NCBI GenBank assembly: GCA_963820525.1
Contig: CAWGAA010000001.1
Coordinates: 192,001-256,000, forward strand
Reading direction: 5' to 3'
DNA length: 64,000 nucleotides
Source: an uncultured Spirochaetota bacterium
GTDB lineage: Bacteria; Spirochaetota; Spirochaetia; SZUA-6; Fen-1364
A program made the translations under genes and the position numbers. The notes beneath the pieces are model-generated. The model did no database searches, was not told the origin of the DNA, and worked only from the letters and a program-made list of their open reading frames with translations. This document shows, piece after piece, positions 28,944 to 39,509 of the stretch; position 1 is the first letter of the stretch, and the number at the start of each line of letters is the position of its first letter.

Positions 28944-30481
28944 TCCTGGACTTCGGCAGCCAGAGCACGCAGCTCATCGGCAGGCGGGTGCGGCAGCTCG
29001 GGGTCTACAGCGAGATCGTGGCGGGAGATTCGCCCGTCGGTGATATCGACTTCACGGACGCCAAGGGAATCATCCTCTCCGGTTCGCCGTTTTCCGTCTA
29101 CGAGGAGGGAGCCCCCGTCGTGGACCGGGAGATATACTCCAAAGGCCTGCCAGTGCTCGGAATCTGCTATGGGCTTCACAGGCTGGCCACGGACCATGGA
29201 GGCACGGTCTCTTCCCTCGGCCACAAGGAGTACGGGAGGGCCCGCATCGAGCTCAAGGAGAAAACGAAGCTGTTCTCCCGGGTGCCCCGGCGATCCTTCC
29301 TCTCGTGGATGAGCCATGGCGACACGGTGACGGAGACGCCGCCCGGGTTCCGCATCATCGCCACTTCAGAGGCGGGACTGCCCGCCGCTTTCGCGGGAGA
29401 CTCCGGCATGAGCTGGGGAGTGCAGTTTCATCCCGAGGTGAGCCACTGCCAGTACGGCATGGAGGTGCTCGAGGCCTTTGTCCTGGACATCAGCGCGGCA
29501 AAGCCCCAATGGGACATGGAGGCTTTCCTCCGCCGCGAAAGAGAAACGATCAGGATTGCCGTGGGCGGCACCGATGTGGTTCTTCTCATCTCCGGCGGGG
29601 TCGATTCCTCCGTCGTTGCTGCCCTCCTGCTCAAGAGCCTGGACCCTGGCCGTGTACGCCTCCTCTACGTAGACACGGGACTGATGCGAAAGGGCGAATC
29701 GCGGGAGGTGATCGAGAACCTCTCGGGCCTTGGGGCTACGTACGTCACCACGGTGGACGCTTCCGATCGATTCTACAGGACGCTGGCAGGCGTGACCGAA
29801 CCCGAGGAGAAGCGCAGGATAATCGGGGACCTGTTCATCAGGGTTCAGGAAGAGGAGATCCGAAAGACGGGTCTCACCGAGTATTTCCTGGCGCAGGGGA
29901 CCCTCTACACTGACCTCATTGAATCGGGCAGGGGGGTGGGGAAGAAGGCCAATGTGATCAAGACGCATCACAATGTACGCTCCCCCCTCGTCGAAGAGCT
30001 GCGCAGCCGCGGCCGCATCATCGAGCCGCTCTCCACGCTCTACAAGGATGAGGTGAGGAAGCTCGGCTTCACCCTCGGGCTTCAACCCTCCATCGTCTAC
30101 AGACACCCTTTCCCCGGGCCCGGCCTTGCAGTCCGCATCCTGGGTGAAGTGACGCGGGAGAAGTGCGAATTGCTGAGAGAAGCGGATGCGCTTTTCCTTT
30201 CCGAGATCAGGGCCAGGGGGCTGTACGACAAGATCTGGCAGGCATTCTGTGTCCTTTTGCCCGTGAAATCCGTGGGAGTCTCGGGAGACATGAGACGCTA
30301 CGGCCACGTGCTCGCGCTTCGGGCGGTAGCTTCGCTGGACGCTATCACGGCGGACGTTTATCCGTTCCCTATCCAGGACCTTTTGGAGATCTCCTCCCTC
30401 ATCACGAACAGAATCCCGCAGATCGGCAGGGTTGTTTACGACATCTCCAGCAAACCGCCCGCTACGATCGAGTGGGAGTAG
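28928..30481 (+). CDS. guaA: GMP synthase (glutamine-hydrolysing)
   Basis: ILDFGSQ, LGICYG, QFHPEV, SGGVDS, KPPATIEWE. GTG start with AGGAAGGA RBS. Confidence 0.96.
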   Translation: MDKILILDFGSQSTQLIGRRVRQLGVYSEIVAGDSPVGDIDFTDAKGIILSGSPFSVYEEGAPVVDREIYSKGLPVLGICYGLHRLATDHGGTVSSLGHKEYGRARIELKEKTKLFSRVPRRSFLSWMSHGDTVTETPPGFRIIATSEAGLPAAFAGDSGMSWGVQFHPEVSHCQYGMEVLEAFVLDISAAKPQWDMEAFLRRERETIRIAVGGTDVVLLISGGVDSSVVAALLLKSLDPGRVRLLYVDTGLMRKGESREVIENLSGLGATYVTTVDASDRFYRTLAGVTEPEEKRRIIGDLFIRVQEEEIRKTGLTEYFLAQGTLYTDLIESGRGVGKKANVIKTHHNVRSPLVEELRSRGRIIEPLSTLYKDEVRKLGFTLGLQPSIVYRHPFPGPGLAVRILGEVTREKCELLREADALFLSEIRARGLYDKIWQAFCVLLPVKSVGVSGDMRRYGHVLALRAVASLDAITADVYPFPIQDLLEISSLITNRIPQIGRVVYDISSKPPATIEWE

Positions 30482-30535
30482 GGGCTTTAGATAATAGCTA
30501 TACGTTTCCGATAAATAGGGTAGCGAGGAAAAGCC

Positions 30536-30937
30536 ATGCCGCCAGATTTGCCGGAAAACCCTTCCATCACTGAGATGCTGACATGGATCATGTCGAACTA
30601 CGATATGACCAAATCCGGCCTCGCCCGCATGTTCCAGAAAACCCAGTCCACAATCCACCACTGGCTTCGAACGGGACAGATATCGCACAAGAACCTCATG
30701 AAGGTCCGCTCCAGCTTCTTCTTCCTCCATGACGCCAGGGATCCGCATGCCAACGAGAGGCAATGTGAGCGGTGCGCGAAATGGCTTCCCCTGAGCGAGT
30801 TCCGTGAAGGGAAAGCCATCTGCCACTCCTGTGAGAACTCCCGGACCCTCCAGTACTACTGGGCCCACCGCGACGAACAGCTGTCGAAGCGCAAGGCCAA
30901 GAACTGGTACAACAAGAGGTCGCTCCGCGGTTGTTGA
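30536..30937 (+). CDS. Cro-like HTH + C4 zinc-finger protein
   Basis: MTKSGLARMFQKTQSTIHHW; CERC...CHSC; basic tail. Confidence 0.6.
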   Translation: MPPDLPENPSITEMLTWIMSNYDMTKSGLARMFQKTQSTIHHWLRTGQISHKNLMKVRSSFFFLHDARDPHANERQCERCAKWLPLSEFREGKAICHSCENSRTLQYYWAHRDEQLSKRKAKNWYNKRSLRGC

Positions 30938-31016
30938 GCGCTGTTTCCCGCGCCGGCAGGCGGCGGCGCTGGCAATGCAGATCGAAATAAGCTATAGTAG
31001 CTGCCGGGAAAACGCA

Positions 31017-31625
31017 ATGCGAACAATCTTTCTTTCGCTCGTCGCGGCTCTCGCTCTCACCTCATGCGTGGGCATCGACAGCAAGATGGTCGTGCGTGCG
31101 GACGGTTCCGGCACCATCGATCTCACCTACAGGATTTCCCAGATGATCGCGGACCTCGGCAAGACCGGCACCGAGCAGGTCCCGCTTCCGCTCCCCGTAA
31201 CCCGCGAGGACTTCGAGCGCGGGCTTGCGGGAGTTCCCGGCGTCCAGCTGAGAGGGTTCGCGCGCACGCAGAACGAGAAGGACATCATCATCAAGGCCCA
31301 GATATCGTTCGACCGCGTCGAATCCCTGGCCCAGGTTGCCGCATTCCGCGCGGAGGCGCCCAGCCTTGTAACTTCGGAGGGGCGCCATACCTTGAGCCAG
31401 CTCATCGTGAAGGGGACCAGGCAGGAGATGAGCCCGGACAGCCTTCAGATGATGGATACCTTATTCCAGGGGTACGCTATCTCGGTTTCGGTCGAAGCTC
31501 CCGCCGCGATCCAATCCACCACCTTGGGCACCGTTTCCCCGGATAAGAGGACTCTGACTTACAATGCATCCGTGAAGGATCTTGCCACCGCGAAAAACGA
31601 CGTGGTCCTTTCCCTTACATGGTAG
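31017..31625 (+). CDS. lipoprotein
   Basis: Lipobox LTSC; VRADGSGTI motif. Confidence 0.75.
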   Translation: MRTIFLSLVAALALTSCVGIDSKMVVRADGSGTIDLTYRISQMIADLGKTGTEQVPLPLPVTREDFERGLAGVPGVQLRGFARTQNEKDIIIKAQISFDRVESLAQVAAFRAEAPSLVTSEGRHTLSQLIVKGTRQEMSPDSLQMMDTLFQGYAISVSVEAPAAIQSTTLGTVSPDKRTLTYNASVKDLATAKNDVVLSLTW

Positions 31626-31636
31626 GAGGAACCGCC

Positions 31637-32821
31637 ATGCAACGCGCACTGAAGCTGCTTTTGGCATGCTGCACATCGATCGTTCTTGTTCTGTTCTCAT
31701 GCGCCACCGCGGGCGGCAACAAACCGGCCGCTATTAACGCGCCGCCCGTAGAATCGTCTTCGGATACCGGCCAGAGCGCCCGCGACGCGGAGAAGCGGAT
31801 GAAGGGGTTCCTCGACAATGGAATGGAGAAGATCGAAGACGGCAGCGTCTCCGAGGGGATTCAACAGCTCGTCGCCGTGCTCGCAGTCAGGGACTCCCTC
31901 GACACCCCTTCCAAGGCGACCGACGATCTGGCGCGCAAGGCCGAGACGGAGCTCACAATGATCGGCTCCGCGCTCACCCTCGATACGGGCACGGAGTGGG
32001 TGGACGTGAACAAGAACCAGATCGCGGGAAGCGTCCTGGACGTCGGCACCACGAAAGCAATCCAGCCCAGCGTGATCCTCTCCTACGACATGGGCCACGG
32101 CAGGACCCTCGTGCCGGGGGCCCCCATCCGCTTCGAGTTCGTCAGGGGCTCGGGGACCATCACGGCGTACGTCACGACGAACGAGTACGGCCAGGCAAAC
32201 TCCACGATCGCTAAGCTCGATTCCCAGACCCAGGAGCAGATCATCCGCGCATCCCTGGAGTACACGGTGGGCGGATACACCTACAAGTTCCAGGGGGTTG
32301 TGAAGGATTTCGCCTACATTCCCCCGGCGCGCAAGGCGACGATCCTCGTGCTTGAGCGCTCTCCCAGCGGGCCCAACCAGCCCCCCCTCATCCTGGACTC
32401 GGTGTACAACACCTTGAAGGGGGTAACCTTCGATCTTTCCCACTATGACGGCACTCTCATCGGAGACAGCTTCATGAAGGTCTTTTCCGGGGATCCCGCG
32501 GCCATCAAGGCTCTGGGCGTGAAGAAGGACGTCTCGTACCTCGTCACCGTGCTCAGCGACTGCCTTTCCGCGAATCAGGTCGTGCTGGAAGGCAAGAAGT
32601 ACAACCTGTACAAGTCCAAGACCACCGCCACAGCCCGGATCATCCGTGTCGCGGACGGAAAGATCCTCTACTCCGCGGCTCTGCAGGGCGTTTCCGGCCA
32701 GGGAGGGACTCCGGATCAGGCCATCCTGGATGGGTACAAGAACGCTTCACTCGGCATGGCGGAGAAGCTCAAGGGAGATCTCGCGGAGATCAATCAGGCG
32801 CTCAATCCGAAGGCGAAATAG
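31637..32821 (+). CDS. lipoprotein with Ig-like middle region
   Basis: Lipobox LFSC; GGAGG RBS; TTNEYGQA motif. Confidence 0.7.
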   Translation: MQRALKLLLACCTSIVLVLFSCATAGGNKPAAINAPPVESSSDTGQSARDAEKRMKGFLDNGMEKIEDGSVSEGIQQLVAVLAVRDSLDTPSKATDDLARKAETELTMIGSALTLDTGTEWVDVNKNQIAGSVLDVGTTKAIQPSVILSYDMGHGRTLVPGAPIRFEFVRGSGTITAYVTTNEYGQANSTIAKLDSQTQEQIIRASLEYTVGGYTYKFQGVVKDFAYIPPARKATILVLERSPSGPNQPPLILDSVYNTLKGVTFDLSHYDGTLIGDSFMKVFSGDPAAIKALGVKKDVSYLVTVLSDCLSANQVVLEGKKYNLYKSKTTATARIIRVADGKILYSAALQGVSGQGGTPDQAILDGYKNASLGMAEKLKGDLAEINQALNPKAK

Positions 32822-32836
32822 GGAGAGAAGGACGGT

Positions 32837-32865
32837 TTGACAGCCATTGGGCTGTCTGCTAAGAT
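32837..32865 (+). promoter_or_regulatory. sigma70 promoter of the ATPase operon
   Basis: TTGACA, 17 bp spacer, TAAGAT with an extended TG. Confidence 0.75.
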
Positions 32866-32895
32866 CGCTTCCGTTACCCCGTAGAGGTTTATACT

Positions 32896-33201
32896 ATGGA
32901 TGTCCTCAAGGAAATCCAGCAGGCCGAAAGGCAGGCTGCTGACACGGAACGAGAGTTTCACGCGAAGGGGCAAGCGCTGGCTTCCGGAGTTCCCGCCGAG
33001 CTGGAAAAAGAGAGAGCCCGGCTGGAATCCGAGCTTCTCACGGAAGAGCGGGCTCTTGCCGCAGGCAGGGAGAAACGCCTTGACCAAAGCAAGCGCGCCA
33101 TTCTTTCCCAGGCGGCCGAGGAGCGCGAGGCGCTGGAACGCACCGCAAAGAAAAACCAGCCCACGGCCTTAGAAATCCTCCTCAAGAAGCTGGGCGTCTG
33201 A
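32896..33201 (+). CDS. V/A-type ATPase subunit H/G
   Basis: MDVLKEIQQAERQA coiled coil; first gene of the operon. Confidence 0.75.
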   Translation: MDVLKEIQQAERQAADTEREFHAKGQALASGVPAELEKERARLESELLTEERALAAGREKRLDQSKRAILSQAAEEREALERTAKKNQPTALEILLKKLGV

Positions 33202-33202
33202 G

Positions 33203-35226
33203 ATGGCGATCGCACGGCTCCTGAAGGCGGACATCGTCTGCGCATCGGGGGAGGATTCCGTCCTTCTCTCGGAGCTGGAAAAAGCCCGCCTCATCCATAT
33301 CGAGGACGTTCACACGGATCTCCAGCAGGAGCTCACCGAAATCGAGGAGGACCCGAGCTCGTGTCTCCCGATATCGATGCGGGAATCCAGAAGGCGAAAC
33401 TCGTCCTCGCCGCTTTCTCCTCTTCACTGCCGACTAAAAAAGGGCTCCTTGAGAACTTCTTCGGGTCCCCCCCGTACATCGAGGAGCCCGCGTTCAAGGA
33501 CACGGTCTCGCGCATCGATATCGAAAGCTACGAGGAGCGCATTCGGGGAATCACCGCGGAGATCGACTCGATCAATGCTCGCATGGCCAAGCTCACGGAG
33601 CTCGATGAACAGCTCCAGCCGTGGAGCGGGCTTTCCGCAAGGCTCTCTTCCATCGTGCGGATGCGCTACGCTTCGGTTTTCCCGCTTGTCGGATCGCCCG
33701 CCTACATCGAAGCAGCGCGCCGGAACTGGGAAAAAGGGAGCGCGGGAAGCGACCTCGAATGGCTTGAGATCGAGCGAAGCGAGAAAAGTGTGGCGGGGAT
33801 CCTCTTTGTCGCCCTGGAAAAGGCAGGCGAAGCAGAAGAGTGGATTCGGGCAGCCGGGGTGGAGCGTGTGGAGCTTCCAGACCTCGACGAGACCCCCCGT
33901 GAAGCCCTCGAGAGGCTTGCCGCGGAAATAAACGAGCTTCTGGAAAAGAAGGCGAGCCTCGAGGAATCGCTCCGCGCCGAGGCGGCCTCCAACCGATATC
34001 TTGTCCAGGCCGCCTTCGACGAATACTCCAACCTCAAGAAAAATACCCTCGTGCGCAGGAAGATCTTCTACACGCGAAATGTCCTTGTTGTGCGCGGGTG
34101 GGCCCTCGAGCGCGATCGGGAGAAGCTCCAGAATCTACTCGCACAGAAGATCCCGGGCGCGGAGGCGCGCTTCTCGCCTCCGGCAAAGGGCGACAACCCC
34201 CCCGTGAAGCTGGAAAACCCGGCGGTGCTGCGCCCCTTTCAGACCCTGCTGGAGATGTTCGGGCTTCCCATGTATTTCGGAATCGACCCCACGTGGTTCA
34301 TTGCCATCGCGATGACCCTTTTCTATTCCATCTGCCTCGGAGACGCGGGATACGGCGCAATGCAGATTCTCATCTCGCTGTGGCTTGTGCGGAAGTTCAA
34401 GCCGGCCGAAGGCACACGCCTCTTCCTCAGGCTCTTCACGGAGATGGGGGTTGCAACGGTGATCTTCGGCATCCTCACATGGTCGTTTTTCGGCATGAGC
34501 CCCGGATATGTGCATGGCGGCCCAAAGATCCTGGGCTTTCTGCCCCTTTTCTCCCCGACCTCCGATATTCTCACGATCATTGCAGTCGGCGCGGTGGTCG
34601 GTGCCATATTCCAGCTCAGCTCCATCCTGATCGGGTTCTATGCCAGCCTGAAAAGCGGAGATCTTGCAGCGGCGTTCTACGACAAGCTGGCCTGGTTCGT
34701 GTTTCTGGTCGGATTGATAGGATGGGCCCCCTCCTGGTTCATGCCGGGCTTCCCGAAGGCCATTTGCATGCCCTCTCTCTGCCTCTTTTTCATTGGCGGC
34801 GCCGTCATCCTCCTTTTCGCGGGCAGGAAGAGCAAATCCATCCCCGGCAGGCTGATGGTCGGGGTAATCTCTTTCTATGGTATTCTTGGGTATTACGGGG
34901 CGGTTTCCTTTTTCGGAGACGTTCTTTCCTACCTCCGTGTCGCCATCCTCAACCTCACGGGGGGATTCATCGCTTTCGTGGCCAATGTGATCGGGCAGCT
35001 CCTCATGGGCAGCGGGAGCCCAATCTTCGTGGCTGTCACCGTCGTCATCGCCCTGCTTCCCATGCTCCTTTTCCATACGCTGAACCTCGTTCTTTCCATG
35101 ATGGGCGCATTCGTCCATTCACTGAGATTGAATTACCTGGAGTCCTTCTCCCGCTACTATGGCAGCGGAGGGAAGGTGTTCGCCCCGTTCAAGAAGGAGG
35201 GGCAGTTCCATCGATTCGAGCAATAG
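33203..35226 (+). CDS. ntpI: V/A-type ATPase subunit I; frameshift near 33352-54
   Basis: IDPT, GDAGYG, DVLSYLRV, HSLRLNYLE. Adding one C joins ORF 33203 to ORF 33361. Confidence 0.92.
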
Positions 35227-35235
35227 GAGGAGAAG

Positions 35236-35721
35236 ATGTTTTCCATCGGTTTTGCGATCGCGATCATTGCAGCCGGTCTTGCGGCGGGTCTCTCGGCAAG
35301 CGGCGCCTCCATCGGCGTGGGGCTCGCTGGAGAGATGGCCGCGGGTGTGCTGTCCGAAGATCCGGACAAGATCGGTTCTATACTGGTTCTCCAGGCTCTC
35401 CCGGGAACCCAGGCCTTCTACGGCCTGGTGACTGCCATCCTGGTGCTTGTGAAGCTTCAGGTATTCGGAGGCAACGGCCTGTTCGACCTCTCGATCGAAA
35501 AGGGCGTTTCCGTTCTCGGGGCATGCCTTCCCGTCATCTTCGGAGAGTTCATTTCGGCGATCTGGCAGGGACGTGTTTCCGTGGCCTCGATGGGCACCGT
35601 GGCTAAAAGGCCCGACGCGTTCGGCAAGGCTGTCATTCTTCCGGCAATGGTCGAAACCTTCGCGCTTCTCTCTCTCATCGGCTCCATCGTCATCCTGATG
35701 GTGGGCGTGAAGCTCGCGTAA
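35236..35721 (+). CDS. ntpK: V/A-type ATPase subunit K (4-TM, Na+-type)
   Basis: LPGTQAFYG, SAIWQG, MVETFALL. Confidence 0.95.
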   Translation: MFSIGFAIAIIAAGLAAGLSASGASIGVGLAGEMAAGVLSEDPDKIGSILVLQALPGTQAFYGLVTAILVLVKLQVFGGNGLFDLSIEKGVSVLGACLPVIFGEFISAIWQGRVSVASMGTVAKRPDAFGKAVILPAMVETFALLSLIGSIVILMVGVKLA

Positions 35722-35731
35722 GGAGGGAACA

Positions 35732-36307
35732 TTGGCAGAAGGGGGCATCGTCGAAAAAATCCTCGAGACGGCTCGCGAGCGCGGCAGGAAGATCCTCGCC
35801 GAAGCCGAGGCAAAGCGGAAAGTGGAGCTCGCTTCCGGCACGGCCAAGCTGGCCGCCGAGTTCGAGGCCCGAAGACGTGTTGTTCGAAAACACGCCTCCG
35901 AGGCTGAGGAGCAGGAACTCTCCGCGTTCCGCCTGGAGGAGAGGAACAAGACGCTGAAACTGAAGCGCCGGCTCCTCGACGGAGTATACGAGGCCGCCTG
36001 GAAGAAGATCCTGCAGCCGGACGTCTACCGTCGCTGGGTGGAAAGCCAGATGGCCTTGTTCTGCCGGCCAGGCGACTCGCTCGTCGTGTCTCAGGAGCAG
36101 TCCTCCCTCTTTAAAAACGATTTCTCGGCTCTTCTGAAGAAGCACGATGTCTCCCTGTCCACGGAGCAGGGACGGTTTCGTGCCGGCTTCATCGTGGAGA
36201 GGGGAAAGGTGCGCCTGAACTGCACCCTGGACGAGGCGATGAAGAGCGCGGCGCAGGAGTGTGAGATCGAGGTCTCCCGCCTCCTCTTCGGGCAAGGAGC
36301 GGGATGA
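35732..36307 (+). CDS. ntpE: V/A-type ATPase subunit E
   Basis: TTG start after AAGGAGG; IVEKILETA; GFIVERGKVRLNCT. Confidence 0.85.
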   Translation: MAEGGIVEKILETARERGRKILAEAEAKRKVELASGTAKLAAEFEARRRVVRKHASEAEEQELSAFRLEERNKTLKLKRRLLDGVYEAAWKKILQPDVYRRWVESQMALFCRPGDSLVVSQEQSSLFKNDFSALLKKHDVSLSTEQGRFRAGFIVERGKVRLNCTLDEAMKSAAQECEIEVSRLLFGQGAG

Positions 36308-37326
36308 AAGCGGTCGGCGCCGATTTCAACTTCCTCTGCGGTATTTTCAGGAGCAGGGAAAAGGCTCTCGTCAGCCGCCAGAAGCTGGACGCGATCGCGA
36401 GCGCGCGAAGCCTCCCGGAAGCCGCCTCCCAGATGCCGGAAGGCGGGTTCGGGGCCCGGTTTCGCGCGGATCCTGGCGTGAACGGCATCGAAGGCGGCTT
36501 CAGCGAAGAGCTCACCGATATTCGGGAGCTCCTCACCAGATTCTCGCCGCGAGCGGATTTCACCCGCCTTATCTTCCTGCCGTGGGATTTCCACAACCTC
36601 AAGGCCGCGGTTTTGACCAGGCTCAGCGGCAAGGCCGCTGGGGAGCAGTCGCCCGCCGGCAGGGGAGGGCTTTTCGGGCCGGAAGGGGAGGTGAGCGTCA
36701 GCCGGCTTGCCGAGATGGCGCAGGCCATGGAGTTTGGCGGCCTTTCTCCCCATCTCGCCGCCGGGCTCGAGCAGGCCTGGATTGCCTATTACGATTCGGA
36801 CAAGGACTCGCAGTGTTTCGAGCTTGCCCTGGACAGGCAGAAACAGCTCGCGCTGGAAGAAATCTCCCGCTCCATCTCTTCGGCCATTCATGAGCACTTT
36901 CACGTGGTCTCGGATATATCGGCGGCCGACGTGTTCTTCCGCGCCTATTTCTCCCGTCTGTCCTGGAAAAGGGCATCCTGGAGCTTTACGGGACATCCCG
37001 ATCTCGAGAAGCTGAAGGTGCTGCATACCATGAAGGTCGAAGATTGGGGCGGACGGCTCACGTCACTTTCCCGCAAGCTCCTGCAAAAGCTTTTCCTGGC
37101 AGTCCGGACCCCGGTCGACGCATCAGAGGCGGTCGCACGGGAGAGGCATGCGCACCTTGCGTCCATGACGGATTGGGGCTACAAGCCTCCATCGGTCGAG
37201 TATGCATACTATTTCCTCACGCGGAAGCTCGCGGACCTTTTCAATCTGCGGCTGGTCCTTTTATGCATGCTCAACGGCATTCCCGAGGCCGAGTTCCGCG
37301 GGAGGGTGAACGATGCCTTCATATAA
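36304..37326 (+). CDS. ntpC: V/A-type ATPase subunit C
   Basis: WDFHNLK and NLRLV motifs; operon position. Confidence 0.85.
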   Translation: MKAVGADFNFLCGIFRSREKALVSRQKLDAIASARSLPEAASQMPEGGFGARFRADPGVNGIEGGFSEELTDIRELLTRFSPRADFTRLIFLPWDFHNLKAAVLTRLSGKAAGEQSPAGRGGLFGPEGEVSVSRLAEMAQAMEFGGLSPHLAAGLEQAWIAYYDSDKDSQCFELALDRQKQLALEEISRSISSAIHEHFHVVSDISAADVFFRAYFSRLSWKRASWSFTGHPDLEKLKVLHTMKVEDWGGRLTSLSRKLLQKLFLAVRTPVDASEAVARERHAHLASMTDWGYKPPSVEYAYYFLTRKLADLFNLRLVLLCMLNGIPEAEFRGRVNDAFI

Positions 37327-37699
37327 GATCGCCATGATCGGGGATTCTTCAACGGTGAGCGGGTTCGCCGCCGCGGGAGTCGTGGGTTTTCCGGCGTACC
37401 AGAGCGCCGAGGCGCTTTCAGAGCTGAAGCGCCTCGTGCAATCGCGAGAGTACGCCATCATCTTCATTACCGAGAACCTGGCGGAACCGATCCTGGCGGA
37501 CATCTCGCGGCTGCCCGCCGCTTCGATGCCGGCCATCATCGTGATTCCGGACCAGGGAGGCGCTCGAGGGATCGGCTACAAGAAGATCCGCGTCGCGGTT
37601 GAAAAGGCGCTGGGAATCGACCTGCTGGGAAAGACGTCGGAGCAGCCCGACCTCGGGGAGGCGCAGCCGCCCGACAATAGGGCAAAGCCGCAGGGCTGA
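37313..37699 (+). CDS. V/A-type ATPase subunit F
   Basis: KIAMIGD..TVSGFAAAG, YAIIFITE, VEKALGIDL. Confidence 0.93.
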   Translation: MPSYKIAMIGDSSTVSGFAAAGVVGFPAYQSAEALSELKRLVQSREYAIIFITENLAEPILADISRLPAASMPAIIVIPDQGGARGIGYKKIRVAVEKALGIDLLGKTSEQPDLGEAQPPDNRAKPQG

Positions 37700-37721
37700 G
37701 AATCAGGAAGGGAAAGCGAAG

Positions 37722-39509
37722 ATGGCGGGAAAGATCGTCAAAGTCTCCGGGCCTCTGGTTGTCGCACAGGGCCTCGAGAACCCCGTGATGTACGAGGTTG
37801 TCAAGGTTGGAGAGCTGGGACTCTTCGGCGAGATCATCGGGCTGCGGGATGATCGGGCCTCCATTCAGGTCTACGAGCAGACCGAAGGCGTCGGGCCGGG
37901 CGAGCCGGTGAAGACCACGGGCGAGCAGCTCTCCGTGGAGCTCGGGCCCGGGCTCATCCAGCAGATCTATGACGGAATTCAGAGGCCTCTCCCCATCATC
38001 GCGGCAAAACACGGGGATTTCATTGCCCGGGGAATCGAGGAGCCCGCCCTTTCGCGGGAAACGCGCTGGGAGTTCGTTCCCACCGCCAAGCTCGGAGAGA
38101 AGGTGGCGGGCGGCCACAGGCTGGGCTACGTGGAGGAGAGCGAAATCGTGCGGCACTGGATCATGGTGCCCCCCGGGCTTTCGGGAACGCTCCGCGAGCT
38201 TTCAGCCGGGCGATTCACGATCATGGATACGATCGGCACGCTCCTGGATCAAACGGGCGGCCTTCGGGATCTGAAACTCATGCAGAAATGGCCCGTGCGC
38301 CAGGGACGGCCGTATTCGCGAAAGATCAACCCCGCCGTTCCCCTGGTCACGGGGCAGAGGGTCCTCGACACCTTCTTTCCCCTGGCAAAAGGGGGCACCG
38401 CATGCGTTCCGGGGCCTTTCGGCTCGGGAAAGACCGTGGTCCAGCACCAGCTTTCCAAGTGGGCGGACGCGGACATCATCGTGTACGTCGGCTGCGGCGA
38501 GCGGGGAAACGAGATGACCGACGTGCTTCTCGAGTTCCCCCAGCTCACGGATCCGCGCACGGGAAAGCCGCTCATGGAGAGGACGGTCCTGATCGCCAAC
38601 ACATCCAACATGCCCGTCGCTGCCCGCGAGGCATCGGTTTTTACAGCTATTACGATTGCCGAGTACTACCGGGACATGGGATACAACGTGGCCCTGATGG
38701 CAGACTCAACATCGCGCTGGGCCGAAGCCATGAGGGAGATCTCCGGCCGCCTGGAGGAGATGCCGGGTGAAGAAGGCTACCCCGCGTATCTCGCCTCAAG
38801 GATTTCCGAGTTCTACGAGAGAGCGGGCAGGGTGGTTCCCCTTGGCGCCGGGGAGGAGAAGTCGCCCGGTGAAGGAGAGGCTACCCTCTCGGTAATCGGG
38901 GCGGTGTCCCCTCCCGGCGGCGATCTCTCGGATCCCGTCGTGCAGGCTACCCTGCGGGAAGTCCGCGTGTTCTGGGGTCTCGACGCAAAGTTGGCCTATG
39001 CCCGCCACTTCCCCGCCATAAACTGGCTCGCCTCCTATTCTCTCTATTCTGACGCCATGGGTGCCTTCTATGATGCCAAGATCTCGAAGCGTTGGCTCTC
39101 CCAGCGGGCTGAAGCATTGCGGCTGCTGCAGGAGGAAGCCGAGCTCGAGGAGATCGTGAGGCTGGTCGGCATAGACGCTCTCTCCCCGCGGGACCGGCTA
39201 ATCCTTGAGACCTCACGCTCGATCCGCGAGGATTTCCTCCACCAGAACGCGTTCCATGAAGTGGACACCTATTCTTCGCTTGAAAAGCAGTTCCTGATGC
39301 TCGGCGCCATCCTGGCATTGCACCAGGCGAGCCTCGAGGCGATAGAGAAGGGTGCGCCTCTGGAGGAGGTCCTTGGAGTGGATGTGAAGGAGGCCCTTGC
39401 GCGGATGAAGTACATCCCCGAGACAGACCTCGATTCGATCAAGCGCCTACCCGAGACCATCAGGGCACGCATCGGTCAGATGAGCGCGACAGGGAGGGTC
39501 CCCGCATGA
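37722..39509 (+). CDS. ntpA: V/A-type ATPase subunit A
   Basis: [35 protein letters not shown]. Confidence 0.98.
   Translation: MAGKIVKVSGPLVVAQGLENPVMYEVVKVGELGLFGEIIGLRDDRASIQVYEQTEGVGPGEPVKTTGEQLSVELGPGLIQQIYDGIQRPLPIIAAKHGDFIARGIEEPALSRETRWEFVPTAKLGEKVAGGHRLGYVEESEIVRHWIMVPPGLSGTLRELSAGRFTIMDTIGTLLDQTGGLRDLKLMQKWPVRQGRPYSRKINPAVPLVTGQRVLDTFFPLAKGGTACVPGPFGSGKTVVQHQLSKWADADIIVYVGCGERGNEMTDVLLEFPQLTDPRTGKPLMERTVLIANTSNMPVAAREASVFTAITIAEYYRDMGYNVALMADSTSRWAEAMREISGRLEEMPGEEGYPAYLASRISEFYERAGRVVPLGAGEEKSPGEGEATLSVIGAVSPPGGDLSDPVVQATLREVRVFWGLDAKLAYARHFPAINWLASYSLYSDAMGAFYDAKISKRWLSQRAEALRLLQEEAELEEIVRLVGIDALSPRDRLILETSRSIREDFLHQNAFHEVDTYSSLEKQFLMLGAILALHQASLEAIEKGAPLEEVLGVDVKEALARMKYIPETDLDSIKRLPETIRARIGQMSATGRVPA

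Noticed and set aside
34098..35606. 502-aa Arg/Pro-rich ORF
   Set aside because: It is an off-frame overlap of ntpI and ntpK, typical of high-GC DNA.
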